A stretch of DNA of 64,000 nt from Promethearchaeota archaeon. Lineage in GTDB: Archaea; Asgardarchaeota; Lokiarchaeia; Sigyniarchaeales; SOKP01. The stretch spans positions 192,001 to 256,000 of the forward strand of contig JAEOUA010000010.1 in assembly GCA_016839555.1 (NCBI GenBank), written 5' to 3'. Under the pieces are notes generated by a model. The model was given only the letters and a program-made list of their open reading frames with translations. It had not been told where the DNA came from and ran no database searches. The number at the start of each line of letters is the position of its first letter. Position 1 is the first letter of the stretch. The position numbers and the translations under genes were made by a program. This document shows, piece after piece, positions 41,667 to 50,953 of the stretch.

Positions 41667-42371
41667 ATGAAAATTAAAAGTGATGTAAAAGGGATACTAT
41701 TCGATCTTGATGGTACTCTTTTAGATATTCATTTGACGAAATTTAATAGATCCTATACTAGAAATTTATATGAATATTTTCCAAGTTTAATGAATTTTGA
41801 CCAATTTTTTAAACATTACATGGCTTCAATTCAAAAAATGATTAATAATACAACGGGAAAAGCAAATTTTGATGTATTTCTAGATGAATTTCTTCCTCCT
41901 TTTAATCTAACAAGAGAAGAAGGAGAATCAATATTAAGAAATTATTATAAAAATGACTATCAAAAATTGAAAAAATTTGTAAATCCACGTCCGAAGCCAA
42001 GAGATACTGTTCAATATGTATTCAAAAAGAATTTTCAGGTTGTAATTGCTACCATTCCAATATTTATGCGTGATGCCATAAATGCACGTATGAACTGGGC
42101 GGGGATTGATGATTTTCAATTTGATTTAATAACCTATGCTGAAGATTTTACAACTTGTAAACCGAATTTAAATTATTATAAAGAAGTTTGTTCAAAAATC
42201 GGACTGAAACCCGAAGAATGTTTAGTTGTTGGAGATGAACATAATGAGATGGTGGCAAAATCGCTCGGTTGTCAAACTTTTTTGATTAAAAGCCCAATGA
42301 CGCACTTAAAAGATGATACACCAAAGCCCGATTTTGTTGGAAATTTACAGGATTTAATAAAATTATTATAA
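41667..42371 (+). CDS. HAD superfamily hydrolase
   Basis: FDLDGTL, CKP, VVGD. Confidence 0.9.
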   Translation: MKIKSDVKGILFDLDGTLLDIHLTKFNRSYTRNLYEYFPSLMNFDQFFKHYMASIQKMINNTTGKANFDVFLDEFLPPFNLTREEGESILRNYYKNDYQKLKKFVNPRPKPRDTVQYVFKKNFQVVIATIPIFMRDAINARMNWAGIDDFQFDLITYAEDFTTCKPNLNYYKEVCSKIGLKPEECLVVGDEHNEMVAKSLGCQTFLIKSPMTHLKDDTPKPDFVGNLQDLIKLL

Positions 42372-42484
42372 AGATTAAAAAGAATATAATCTTCAGCAAT
42401 TAATTTATAAATAAAATACACTTCCTCTCTATCTTATTTAAAAAAATTATTTAGAAAAGTAAAAATAATAAAAAAAATTTTGAA

Positions 42485-43066
42485 TTAAGCAGTCTTTAAT
42501 TTTTTTCTTAAATATACTATACCGACAATGAGACCAGGAATTCCTACGACGATAAGGATCCAAAAAACGGCCCACAATAATTTTATAATCCAGTAGGTGT
42601 AAGCGATTGAATTAAATCTTGTAAAGAGGTTTCCGTCTATTGATATTAGAATTAGGAATACAATAAAAACTATAAAGCCGAAGACTCCACCTGCTGCGTT
42701 CGATTTCTGTCTTATACCTTCCTCTTTGCCTCTTTTTTGTTTCAATAGTTCCTTTTCTTCTTGAGGTAATCTATACCACCACAGACCAACTGTTAAACCA
42801 AAATAAACTGCGGCGGGAATTCCAACAAATAAAAGCTCCCATAGAGCAAGCCATAGTAAAAATATGATTACAGTTCCAAAAGAGAAATCTCCAATTGTCC
42901 AATTTCCATATCCTCCGATATCTGATTTAACTATAACAAAATATAATGTCAAAATTGCGCCAACTACTACCCCTACGATTCCTATAACTAATAAAATCCC
43001 TGCTTTCCAATGTTTTTGTAGCATCAACTTTAAAAAGGAATAATCTGTGATATCTTCATCACTCAT
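42485..43066 (-). CDS. Hypothetical membrane protein (4 TM)
   Basis: Hydrophobic segments; GGTGA SD before ATG. Confidence 0.75.
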   Translation of the reverse strand: MSDEDITDYSFLKLMLQKHWKAGILLVIGIVGVVVGAILTLYFVIVKSDIGGYGNWTIGDFSFGTVIIFLLWLALWELLFVGIPAAVYFGLTVGLWWYRLPQEEKELLKQKRGKEEGIRQKSNAAGGVFGFIVFIVFLILISIDGNLFTRFNSIAYTYWIIKLLWAVFWILIVVGIPGLIVGIVYLRKKLKTA

Positions 43067-43255
43067 TTACCTTCACCTTTTATATTTTTTTTATGCTTTT
43101 GTTTATGATTTTATAATCAATACTTTTTTTATGTTATGAAATAAAGAAGTATAGTGATATATATTTCTAATGTAAATATTTTATATATAATTGATTTATA
43201 GCTCTATATATTTACTTTTAAAAAAAGTTCAGGGTTAATAATTAAAGAGAAAAAT

Positions 43256-43636
43256 CTATGATAAAAGCAATTTATTGCCTTGAATTTTATAGGGAAGTAT
43301 GCCTCGTAAAATTAACAATTCAATTTCTCTTCTCAATAATTCTGGTTTTAAATCAAATTCCATAGTTTCTTTAAAATGGGAGCTTAAAGAATTGAAATCT
43401 ATTTCTTTATGATCTCTAGCCAATTCTGATAATTCTTTTGTGATTTTCTTCTGATTTAATAAAGATTCCGCATTTGAAATTAATTGATATAACTTATGAG
43501 TAAGACTAGTATCGAAATCTCCTTTTATTTCAATCTCTTTTAATTTATACAAAATATTTAATGCATCTATGTAGTTTTCTTGAGAAATGTGTTCCTCAGC
43601 TTCAGTTAATAATCTAATAAATTCTTTAGTTTCCAT
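43256..43636 (-). CDS. Hypothetical protein, helical hairpin plus PCI-like winged helix
   Basis: C-terminal LRREIELLILRGILPYKI pattern. Confidence 0.45.
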   Translation of the reverse strand: METKEFIRLLTEAEEHISQENYIDALNILYKLKEIEIKGDFDTSLTHKLYQLISNAESLLNQKKITKELSELARDHKEIDFNSLSSHFKETMEFDLKPELLRREIELLILRGILPYKIQGNKLLLS

Positions 43637-43837
43637 TTTTTAACGCAACTATCTTAATTTAATTATTTTGAATAATCTATTGTGAATATTATAATTTTTT
43701 TATTTTATATTAATCAAAGTATCTCTTATCTTCATAATAATAATTATTTTGAATGATAATTCCATATTTTATAAAACAAACGCTTTAAAGGCTTGATTTA
43801 TTACTTTAAATTAATAATAGTAAAAAGTTGATTAAAA

Positions 43838-44065
43838 ATGGTTGATAAAGAAAAAGTCGAAAAAATTATAGAAAGGATAAGATCGCAATTAAAAATGGAC
43901 GGTGGCGATGTAGAGCTTGTCGAAATAACTGATGAGGGAATTGTGAAGGTTCGCCTTCAAGGGCATTGTGTGGGCTGCATTCATGCTCAGGAGACATTAA
44001 AATATGGGATAGAAAGAGCGATCAAGCAATTCGTGCCTGATATAAAGTCAGTCGTAAGTGTCTAA
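43838..44065 (+). CDS. NifU/Nfu family Fe-S carrier
   Basis: IR..L..DGGDVELV, VRLQGHCVGC, TLKYGIE. Confidence 0.92.
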   Translation: MVDKEKVEKIIERIRSQLKMDGGDVELVEITDEGIVKVRLQGHCVGCIHAQETLKYGIERAIKQFVPDIKSVVSV

Positions 44066-44225
44066 TTTTTTATTTTTTAAATTTTTTTAAAGTCAAAATA
44101 ACTTAATTTTATTCTTGATAATATTTTTCTGATTTAAGAATTAGATTAATAGTAAAATTTTAATTTGATTTTGTTAAATGCTCTCATTTTTTTAAAATAA
44201 TAATAATCAGAATTATTGAAACCAA

Positions 44226-45005
44226 TTAAAGACATAAATTGATAAAATCCGTTATTATTTTTTCTCCAGCGATTTTTGCTTTGTCAATAATTTCATCACT
44301 AATATAGGGAGGATAATGATAATTTCCTATATGATTTTCAGGGTGAAATTGAATTGAATATATCGGTTTATTTTTATGCCGCATATATTGAACAGTTTTA
44401 TAGTTATCAAGAGCAAGAGTGGCAATTATTTTGAAATGTTTGCGCAATTCAAAGTTATAAGGATCTATATAATCTTTATGATTAAGGTTCACATAAATGC
44501 GCTCATGTGGGATTAATTCATCGGGAAATCTTATTCGTAATAAGGAAACATCATTATTTACTACACGATAATTCATTCTTTTGATCTTTGAATTAAAAGC
44601 ATAGGCGGCTAATTGGTGTCCAAAACAAATTGCTAAAATAGGTTTATTGTATTTTCTTTTAATTAGTTCCAATTCTTTTCTAAATAACTCTTTCATATTT
44701 TCGTTCTTATAAAAATTGGAAACATTAAGGTTGGACCCAGTTAAAATTAATCCTTTACTTTTTTTGAGGGTGTAATAATTAATTTCAGAAAAATGGATTG
44801 TGTTTACACGGACCTCCGGAAAATTTATTCTTATAATATTCTCTAATCTAATGATTCTCTCTGGTTTAGCTTTGGTAGGATAATTATTTATAATGTAGAT
44901 TATCTTATGTTTTTTAAATGCTAATCTTATTTTTATTTTTAATTTAATATAGATTCTCTTGATTTTATTTTTAATTTTCTTTAGGAATTGCGCCATTCTT
45001 ATCAA
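44226..45005 (-). CDS. Class I glutamine amidotransferase-like (gamma-glutamyl hydrolase-type) protein
   Basis: LILTGS, AICFGHQL, QFHPE triad; basic N-terminal extension; start uncertain. Confidence 0.8.
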   Translation of the reverse strand: MIRMAQFLKKIKNKIKRIYIKLKIKIRLAFKKHKIIYIINNYPTKAKPERIIRLENIIRINFPEVRVNTIHFSEINYYTLKKSKGLILTGSNLNVSNFYKNENMKELFRKELELIKRKYNKPILAICFGHQLAAYAFNSKIKRMNYRVVNNDVSLLRIRFPDELIPHERIYVNLNHKDYIDPYNFELRKHFKIIATLALDNYKTVQYMRHKNKPIYSIQFHPENHIGNYHYPPYISDEIIDKAKIAGEKIITDFINLCL

Positions 45006-45143
45006 ACTTTTAGCATTTAATTTGAGTTTAATTGACTATTATTGGTTTTTTAGAAATAATTTGTCTTTAATCTAGTACTTTGAATGCCTAATGTTTATAA
45101 TTTTTAAGTATTATAAGTTATAAATAGATGAACAATAAAAGTT

Positions 45144-46604
45144 TTAAAAAGGAAATCCTCCTAAAAGTCTATCAATAAGACTTTCATGTCTAGATCTTAC
45201 ATTTTGGATGCGATCTCCTGGTTCCAAGGGAATTTGTAAACCTTGAACATTGAGCGTATTAATTATTTTTATTGATTTAAAAGATTTTACTAATTCATCT
45301 TCTTCTTCATAATCGAGATCATATTTCACTGATAATTTTCCTTGAATTTGCCTGCCTCCATTGACTTTATATTTGTCTCCTTGATCATCAGAAACAATTC
45401 TGGAATTTTCTAAGATCACAGTAGCATATAAATTTCCTTGTTGCCTAATTTTTTCAATTTTTCGTGTTTGAAATTTAATTCCCAATTCATCTTGGATCTG
45501 CGGTCTTTGAAATTTAAGGGTCGGCAAATTTTTAATTTTTACTCCTAAATTAGCCTCATATTTAGAAATTTTTTGAATCCATTCATAAAGACTCTCTTTA
45601 AAACTAATAACATTTCCCCCATTTCTTTTAAAGCTAGCTTCGTTCCCATATGTTATTGCTCTTTCTATATTTTCTTTATGATAGGGATCTTCTGTGATTT
45701 TTCCTGATTGTGCCAAAGATATCGCATGTAATCCAGAACAACAACAAAGGTATGCAATATCTAATAAATCTTCTATATAGTGCTGAACATCAATTATTCT
45801 AACTTCCACACGATTTCTTGAAGGAGAATCATCCTTATCTCCTTGGATGTTCGTAAAAGGACCTCTAGGAGTAATATCCATTAAGCGATCCCCACTCGAA
45901 TTAGTGATAACCTTTTTCGAAAATTCATCCTCCCCAGAACCAATTTTTAGCTGATATCTCATAAGTCCATAATATCTCATAGGAATTAACGCTGGTTTTT
46001 CTTCAGGAATTTCTATTTGCGCAAACCCATTCGGTTTTAAAACCGTGCTATTTGCACATCTATTACTTGCAATATTTGTTTTTCTTCCTTGAAAAATCGG
46101 GGAATTCGCAGATAAAGCAATAATTTCCGGTAGCATATTCCATAAGTAATTATTTACTGCTTTTAATTCCCATGATTTCATTAAACTTTCTTTTTTTTGA
46201 ACAGACACATTAATATGTGTTCCCACGATTGGGTTGGGATCTGATTGGATTGGGTGGAGACTTTGCGTGAAGATTTTAACCTCTAACTTTTTCCCAGCAT
46301 CAATTAATAATCTCCTGCCGGCTTTTACCGCCTCTTCCAATTGATTTGGTCTTAAAGGAAGCGAAACATATTCTATTTGTGCGGGACTCGGTTCTGCATC
46401 TAGGCTCTGGATTTTTATACGAAGCGCATCAAGAAGATCATTATTCTGTTCAAGAATTTCTGCCGCTTTCATCATTAAATTATCTGCTGCCTCAATTAAA
46501 GTACCATCTTTGTTTAGAATTAGGAACTCTTCTTCTATTCCGCAAAGAACGCGATAATCATCCGTTATATCGTCAATTTCCTTTTCTTTTACATGAAACC
46601 ACAT
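45144..46604 (-). CDS. Glutamate-cysteine ligase family 2 (GCS2/YbdK-like) carboxylate-amine ligase with a C-terminal extension
   Basis: GIEEE, QIE, GTHINV, ALSANSP, RVEVRIID. Confidence 0.8.
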   Translation of the reverse strand: MWFHVKEKEIDDITDDYRVLCGIEEEFLILNKDGTLIEAADNLMMKAAEILEQNNDLLDALRIKIQSLDAEPSPAQIEYVSLPLRPNQLEEAVKAGRRLLIDAGKKLEVKIFTQSLHPIQSDPNPIVGTHINVSVQKKESLMKSWELKAVNNYLWNMLPEIIALSANSPIFQGRKTNIASNRCANSTVLKPNGFAQIEIPEEKPALIPMRYYGLMRYQLKIGSGEDEFSKKVITNSSGDRLMDITPRGPFTNIQGDKDDSPSRNRVEVRIIDVQHYIEDLLDIAYLCCCSGLHAISLAQSGKITEDPYHKENIERAITYGNEASFKRNGGNVISFKESLYEWIQKISKYEANLGVKIKNLPTLKFQRPQIQDELGIKFQTRKIEKIRQQGNLYATVILENSRIVSDDQGDKYKVNGGRQIQGKLSVKYDLDYEEEDELVKSFKSIKIINTLNVQGLQIPLEPGDRIQNVRSRHESLIDRLLGGFPF

Positions 46605-46896
46605 TATAATACCACTTTTATCTATTCATAAATATATTTTTTGAAATTACATCTATACAATAAAAAATGGTTTTAATATCAAAAATTCATTTATTAAAAA
46701 TTATTAAATATCTTATTTTATAGATTTTAAGTTCTTGATTAAATGTTGTTTTCTTAATTATCTTGAACAATCAAATTATATTATAAAAATCTTTTTTAAG
46801 AAATAGAATGATTAAACAATAACTTTAATTCAATTAAATTAATTAAAAAGTGGGAGTTATCATAATATAATAAAAAAAAATGAAAAAAAAAAAAAA

Positions 46897-48174
46897 ATGA
46901 AAAAAAACGACAATAGCAATAAACTAAAAGAATCTGCTAAGAAAGATACAGGGGATTCAGAAGAGAAACAAAAAAAAGCAAAAAAACCAGAGAAAAAGAC
47001 ACAAACACAAATTTTACAAGAAACTTTAGGTTTAGAACCAGGTATTTTAGAAAATATAGAGCAAAAATTGTTTGTAGCAAGATTTCTCGATTACTATTCA
47101 GAGGAACCTCTTGATTTTATATATAGAGAGAAAGCTATCGATAGTTATAAAAATCAGATTTCCAACATCATAGAGAAATATGATAAAACTACTGAAGAAG
47201 ATAAACTTATTAAGCAGAGTTTTGAGAATAAACAGATTCTTAATACTATCGATAAAATAAGAGAACAAACAGAAAATATAGCGGCAGAAAAGGGATTTAA
47301 AAAATCTATAAATAAAAAAATGAGGAATTGGAGCATTTTAGTAAGTATCCCTATGTTTTTACTCATTATTGTATTTACTATTTTACCCTATTTTGATATC
47401 AATATTAATTATATATATCTTTTTCCTGTGTTATGTGTGTTCTGTATGGTGCCGACAATAATTCGAAATTTTTTGGCAAAGAAATGGTATAACTTTAAGG
47501 AACAAAACAAGATGGATATTTATACTACTAATCGTGAAGATATTATGATTCTAAAAGGTTTTATAAATGAAGTTTTAGAAAATGTAAGATCTAGACTCAT
47601 TGAACTTAAAGTTCCCTTAGAATTAATAAAATTTGTATTAAATAGCAATGATTATGATGCGGTAAAGGTTTTAAATCAAAAAGTGGAAAAGGGTACTAGA
47701 GTATATTACGTGAGATTTGATTATCCTTCCGGTATAGAACCATTTCCTATTCCCGAAGAATTGGCACGACAATATATACCACCAGAAAAAACCTTAGAAA
47801 AAATTGCAGAAGCAGAGAAAAATTTCATAGTATTAGAAAATATTGAGGCTGAAGGCGGAGTAATTGAAAGTTTTATTCCTACTTTAAAAGATAGTCTTGC
47901 TGAGCCTATAAATGAGATGTTGAATAATTGTGAATTTAAAAAAGCATCTAAAGATATAGAGTCAATTCTCCCTAATTATTCTACAGAAATGGCTATTTAT
48001 TGTAAATGCGGAGAAATGGTGAATATAAAGGGTATTCAAATCTGTACTTGGAAAAAAGATTTCAACTTTTATTTATTCGAAGGGGAAATTTGCGATTGTG
48101 GCGAAAAAGTATATGCGCTTTCATTAATGGACAAAAAGCAGGACATTCCAAAAGAATTAAAGAAAATATTTTGA
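46897..48174 (+). CDS. Hypothetical membrane-anchored protein (2 TM) with a C-terminal Cys-rich putative Zn site
   Basis: Two TM helices; CKCG and CDCG motifs. Confidence 0.65.
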   Translation: MKKNDNSNKLKESAKKDTGDSEEKQKKAKKPEKKTQTQILQETLGLEPGILENIEQKLFVARFLDYYSEEPLDFIYREKAIDSYKNQISNIIEKYDKTTEEDKLIKQSFENKQILNTIDKIREQTENIAAEKGFKKSINKKMRNWSILVSIPMFLLIIVFTILPYFDININYIYLFPVLCVFCMVPTIIRNFLAKKWYNFKEQNKMDIYTTNREDIMILKGFINEVLENVRSRLIELKVPLELIKFVLNSNDYDAVKVLNQKVEKGTRVYYVRFDYPSGIEPFPIPEELARQYIPPEKTLEKIAEAEKNFIVLENIEAEGGVIESFIPTLKDSLAEPINEMLNNCEFKKASKDIESILPNYSTEMAIYCKCGEMVNIKGIQICTWKKDFNFYLFEGEICDCGEKVYALSLMDKKQDIPKELKKIF

Positions 48175-48265
48175 ATTTAAAATATGAACCATACAATCTG
48201 TATAAAAACTAATTTTTTACTAAATTTCTTATTTATTTTTTCAATTTTAAAAAGAAAGAATAAAT

Positions 48266-49636
48266 TTAATTTTTTTTAATTTTTGAGTAATAATCATAGA
48301 GACATTTGAACCCGCGTACAGCTCTTTCGATTTCGTTTTCAAATACAGGTATTTCTAATTCAGAAGCAGTTTCTATAACCCTTTTTGCTCCTTCTCTTTC
48401 TGCTTGTATCAATATTGCGATTATAGGTTTATTAGGATACATCTCTTTAATATTTTTAAATATACTAAAATCAAATTCGATTTCTATAAAAAATTCTAAA
48501 GCTAATATGAGTCCATTTACAGATTCATCATTAAGAAGTGTTTTAGCAGAAATATTATAAATTCCGCATATTTTTGTACCAATAAATTTATCAGGCGGCC
48601 AATAATCAACCGGATTTCCTGAAATACAAGTTGATCCTCCCACTTTATCTAAAATAATATTTCTATGCTTATTAGCTATTTTTGCCAGCGACAAATTTTG
48701 TTTACGCATTTCTTTTGCTATGATATGAATCGCTCCGCTACTTGGACCAATTAGACCGAGATTTTTACCTTCTGGAGGAGGACACCATAAAAAGAGTTTT
48801 GAGAAATCAAATAATTCGATATAATTTTCAACCTTAATGCCCCCCACTTCGATTAATCTCGTTTCATTTTTAATTTCTTTTCCAACATAAAAGAATAAAA
48901 CCGGTTTGACTGGGGCACACCTTTTTACCGCATTAATTAAATCTTCAGATATTTCTCGTAAAAAGAGAAGGATGACTTTAGTTTTTTTATCATTGATAAA
49001 ATAATGTAACACATCAGATTCCCTAATATTAAATCCATGCCCCAAATGAACTACTTTTGAGATAGGAACATTCTGATTAGGAGACCACCATCCTAATCCC
49101 CCAGCTAATCCACCAGATTGTGCAATATAACTTGCTCCCGATTTTACGTTCCGATTCTGTTTCATAATATAATGTCGAACGGGTATGATGGAGGTGGTAA
49201 AATTATTACTAAAATTAATGCATCCAATCATAGATGGTCCCATATATTGTACATTATATTTTTCAGAAATCTGGTTTAAATGTTCTATGATTTCAATACT
49301 ATTTTCTCGCGAAGCTAATTTATATTCATAATCTACCTTCAATTCTGACTCTATAACAATAAATTTTATTCCAAACTCTGCCAGTTGTTGAAAAATAACT
49401 TCAACATTTTTTCCAAGAACAATTACTGCTAATTCAGGAATAATTGGTAATTCTTCTAGAGAATGATAAGACTTAATCCCTAAAATTTCATCTGCATTGG
49501 GATTTACAATGAAAATTTCTCCGCGGTAAAAAATTTCTATTAAATTTTTAAGTACAGTATAGCTAAAAGTTAATTCTTCGCGAGATACGCCAACGATTAC
49601 AATGGAGCTAGGATTAAAAAAGGGTTTAAGATCCAT
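48266..49636 (-). CDS. ADP-forming acyl-CoA synthetase alpha-subunit-like protein lacking the phospho-His loop
   Basis: FFNPSSIVIVGVS CoA-binding fold, AQSGG, SSGA, GNPVD; no SHTG segment. Confidence 0.8.
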   Translation of the reverse strand: MDLKPFFNPSSIVIVGVSREELTFSYTVLKNLIEIFYRGEIFIVNPNADEILGIKSYHSLEELPIIPELAVIVLGKNVEVIFQQLAEFGIKFIVIESELKVDYEYKLASRENSIEIIEHLNQISEKYNVQYMGPSMIGCINFSNNFTTSIIPVRHYIMKQNRNVKSGASYIAQSGGLAGGLGWWSPNQNVPISKVVHLGHGFNIRESDVLHYFINDKKTKVILLFLREISEDLINAVKRCAPVKPVLFFYVGKEIKNETRLIEVGGIKVENYIELFDFSKLFLWCPPPEGKNLGLIGPSSGAIHIIAKEMRKQNLSLAKIANKHRNIILDKVGGSTCISGNPVDYWPPDKFIGTKICGIYNISAKTLLNDESVNGLILALEFFIEIEFDFSIFKNIKEMYPNKPIIAILIQAEREGAKRVIETASELEIPVFENEIERAVRGFKCLYDYYSKIKKN

Positions 49637-49876
49637 AACGTTTTCTCAAAAGAATTTTTCTAAATAACTTTTTAATTTAATTGACTATAGGTAGTAATAT
49701 AATCAAAATGGTATAAATATTATTACACTAAAAAAGATTAAAGGGTTTTAAATCCTAAGAATTTAATCAGATCAAGAGATTACTTAGTATCAGTAATGTT
49801 ATAAGGGGGATTAAAAAATAAAAGATTAAGTTAAAATAATTTCTTTTTTTGCTAAAATCGCTAAAGGGTGAAAAAT

Positions 49877-50515
49877 TTATTTTGTTAATTGGGCGATCTC
49901 AACGCTATATAAAGGAATTGGTCTTTTCTTTTCTGCATTATATAATGGTAATCCTACTCGCTTCAAATATTCAGGTTTTTTATACTTCAAGAGCACTATT
50001 TGACAAGAAGAAGGTATTTTTTTAGATGCCACATTTAATCTTTTCTTTGCCAAATCTAACTGCTTCATCTGAATACCTAAATCACAAATAACTTGTCCCG
50101 CATTAACCCGCGCACAAACTGTTGTGGCTCTACCAAAAGAATTTCTCATCCCAGACTGCACTCTATCTGCTCCAGCAAATGCTAGCATGCGATTTTCTCT
50201 AATTTTATGATGACATTGTGGTCTAATCCTTAGTCTAAAATTTTTTCGACCTACTTTTTTTATAAATGCGCTATTGATTGCAATTCTTAATGCTTCTAAA
50301 GCACTTGAAGAGATTTGGACTTTGTCCTCTACTTTCAGGCCAACTACCACATCCCACTCATCCCAGGAGATCTGTTTATTTCCTCCCCAAAATCTATTAA
50401 TTTTACTCTGAGCTCCTCCACGAGCATATTCTCTTCTATGATTTGCGGAACGCTTATGTTGATAGGGTCTACTGTCCCATTTTGAATAACAGTGCCAAGG
50501 TCGCTTAGTAGCCAT
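49877..50515 (-). CDS. rpl10e: 50S ribosomal protein uL16 (L10e type)
   Basis: RPWHCY, ALEALRI, IRENRMLAFAGADRVQSGMRNSFG; GGTGA SD. Confidence 0.95.
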   Translation of the reverse strand: MATKRPWHCYSKWDSRPYQHKRSANHRREYARGGAQSKINRFWGGNKQISWDEWDVVVGLKVEDKVQISSSALEALRIAINSAFIKKVGRKNFRLRIRPQCHHKIRENRMLAFAGADRVQSGMRNSFGRATTVCARVNAGQVICDLGIQMKQLDLAKKRLNVASKKIPSSCQIVLLKYKKPEYLKRVGLPLYNAEKKRPIPLYSVEIAQLTK

Positions 50516-50953
50516 ATTTTTTCACCTTTTCTATTATTTTTGAGAAAAATTCCTAAAATTTAAGAATGATTCTGTAAATTATATTATATTTCAGCTAATT
50601 TTTAATTTATAAAGTGGTGAATATTATAAAAATTTTATCTTAGAGATTTATATAGGATTTTTCTATTTATTTTTTAATACTTTTATTTTAATTCGAAAGT
50701 TTTCTTCTTATTTTTAAATCTAAGAATTAATTTAGAATCTTTTCAAATTTATTTGATTATTTAACAACTTACCACGCATTTACGTATTACTTGAAAATAG
50801 TATTTTTTTAATGATATCAAGTTTCTTTGTGAATTTTTCTTAATTCAAGATGGATTTTTTTAAGGAAAATTTTATAAAATACTAAACGAATTACTTTTAA
50901 TCAAATTAAAATATATTATATTTAATCTAATTAAGTATAAATAAAAGTATAAA

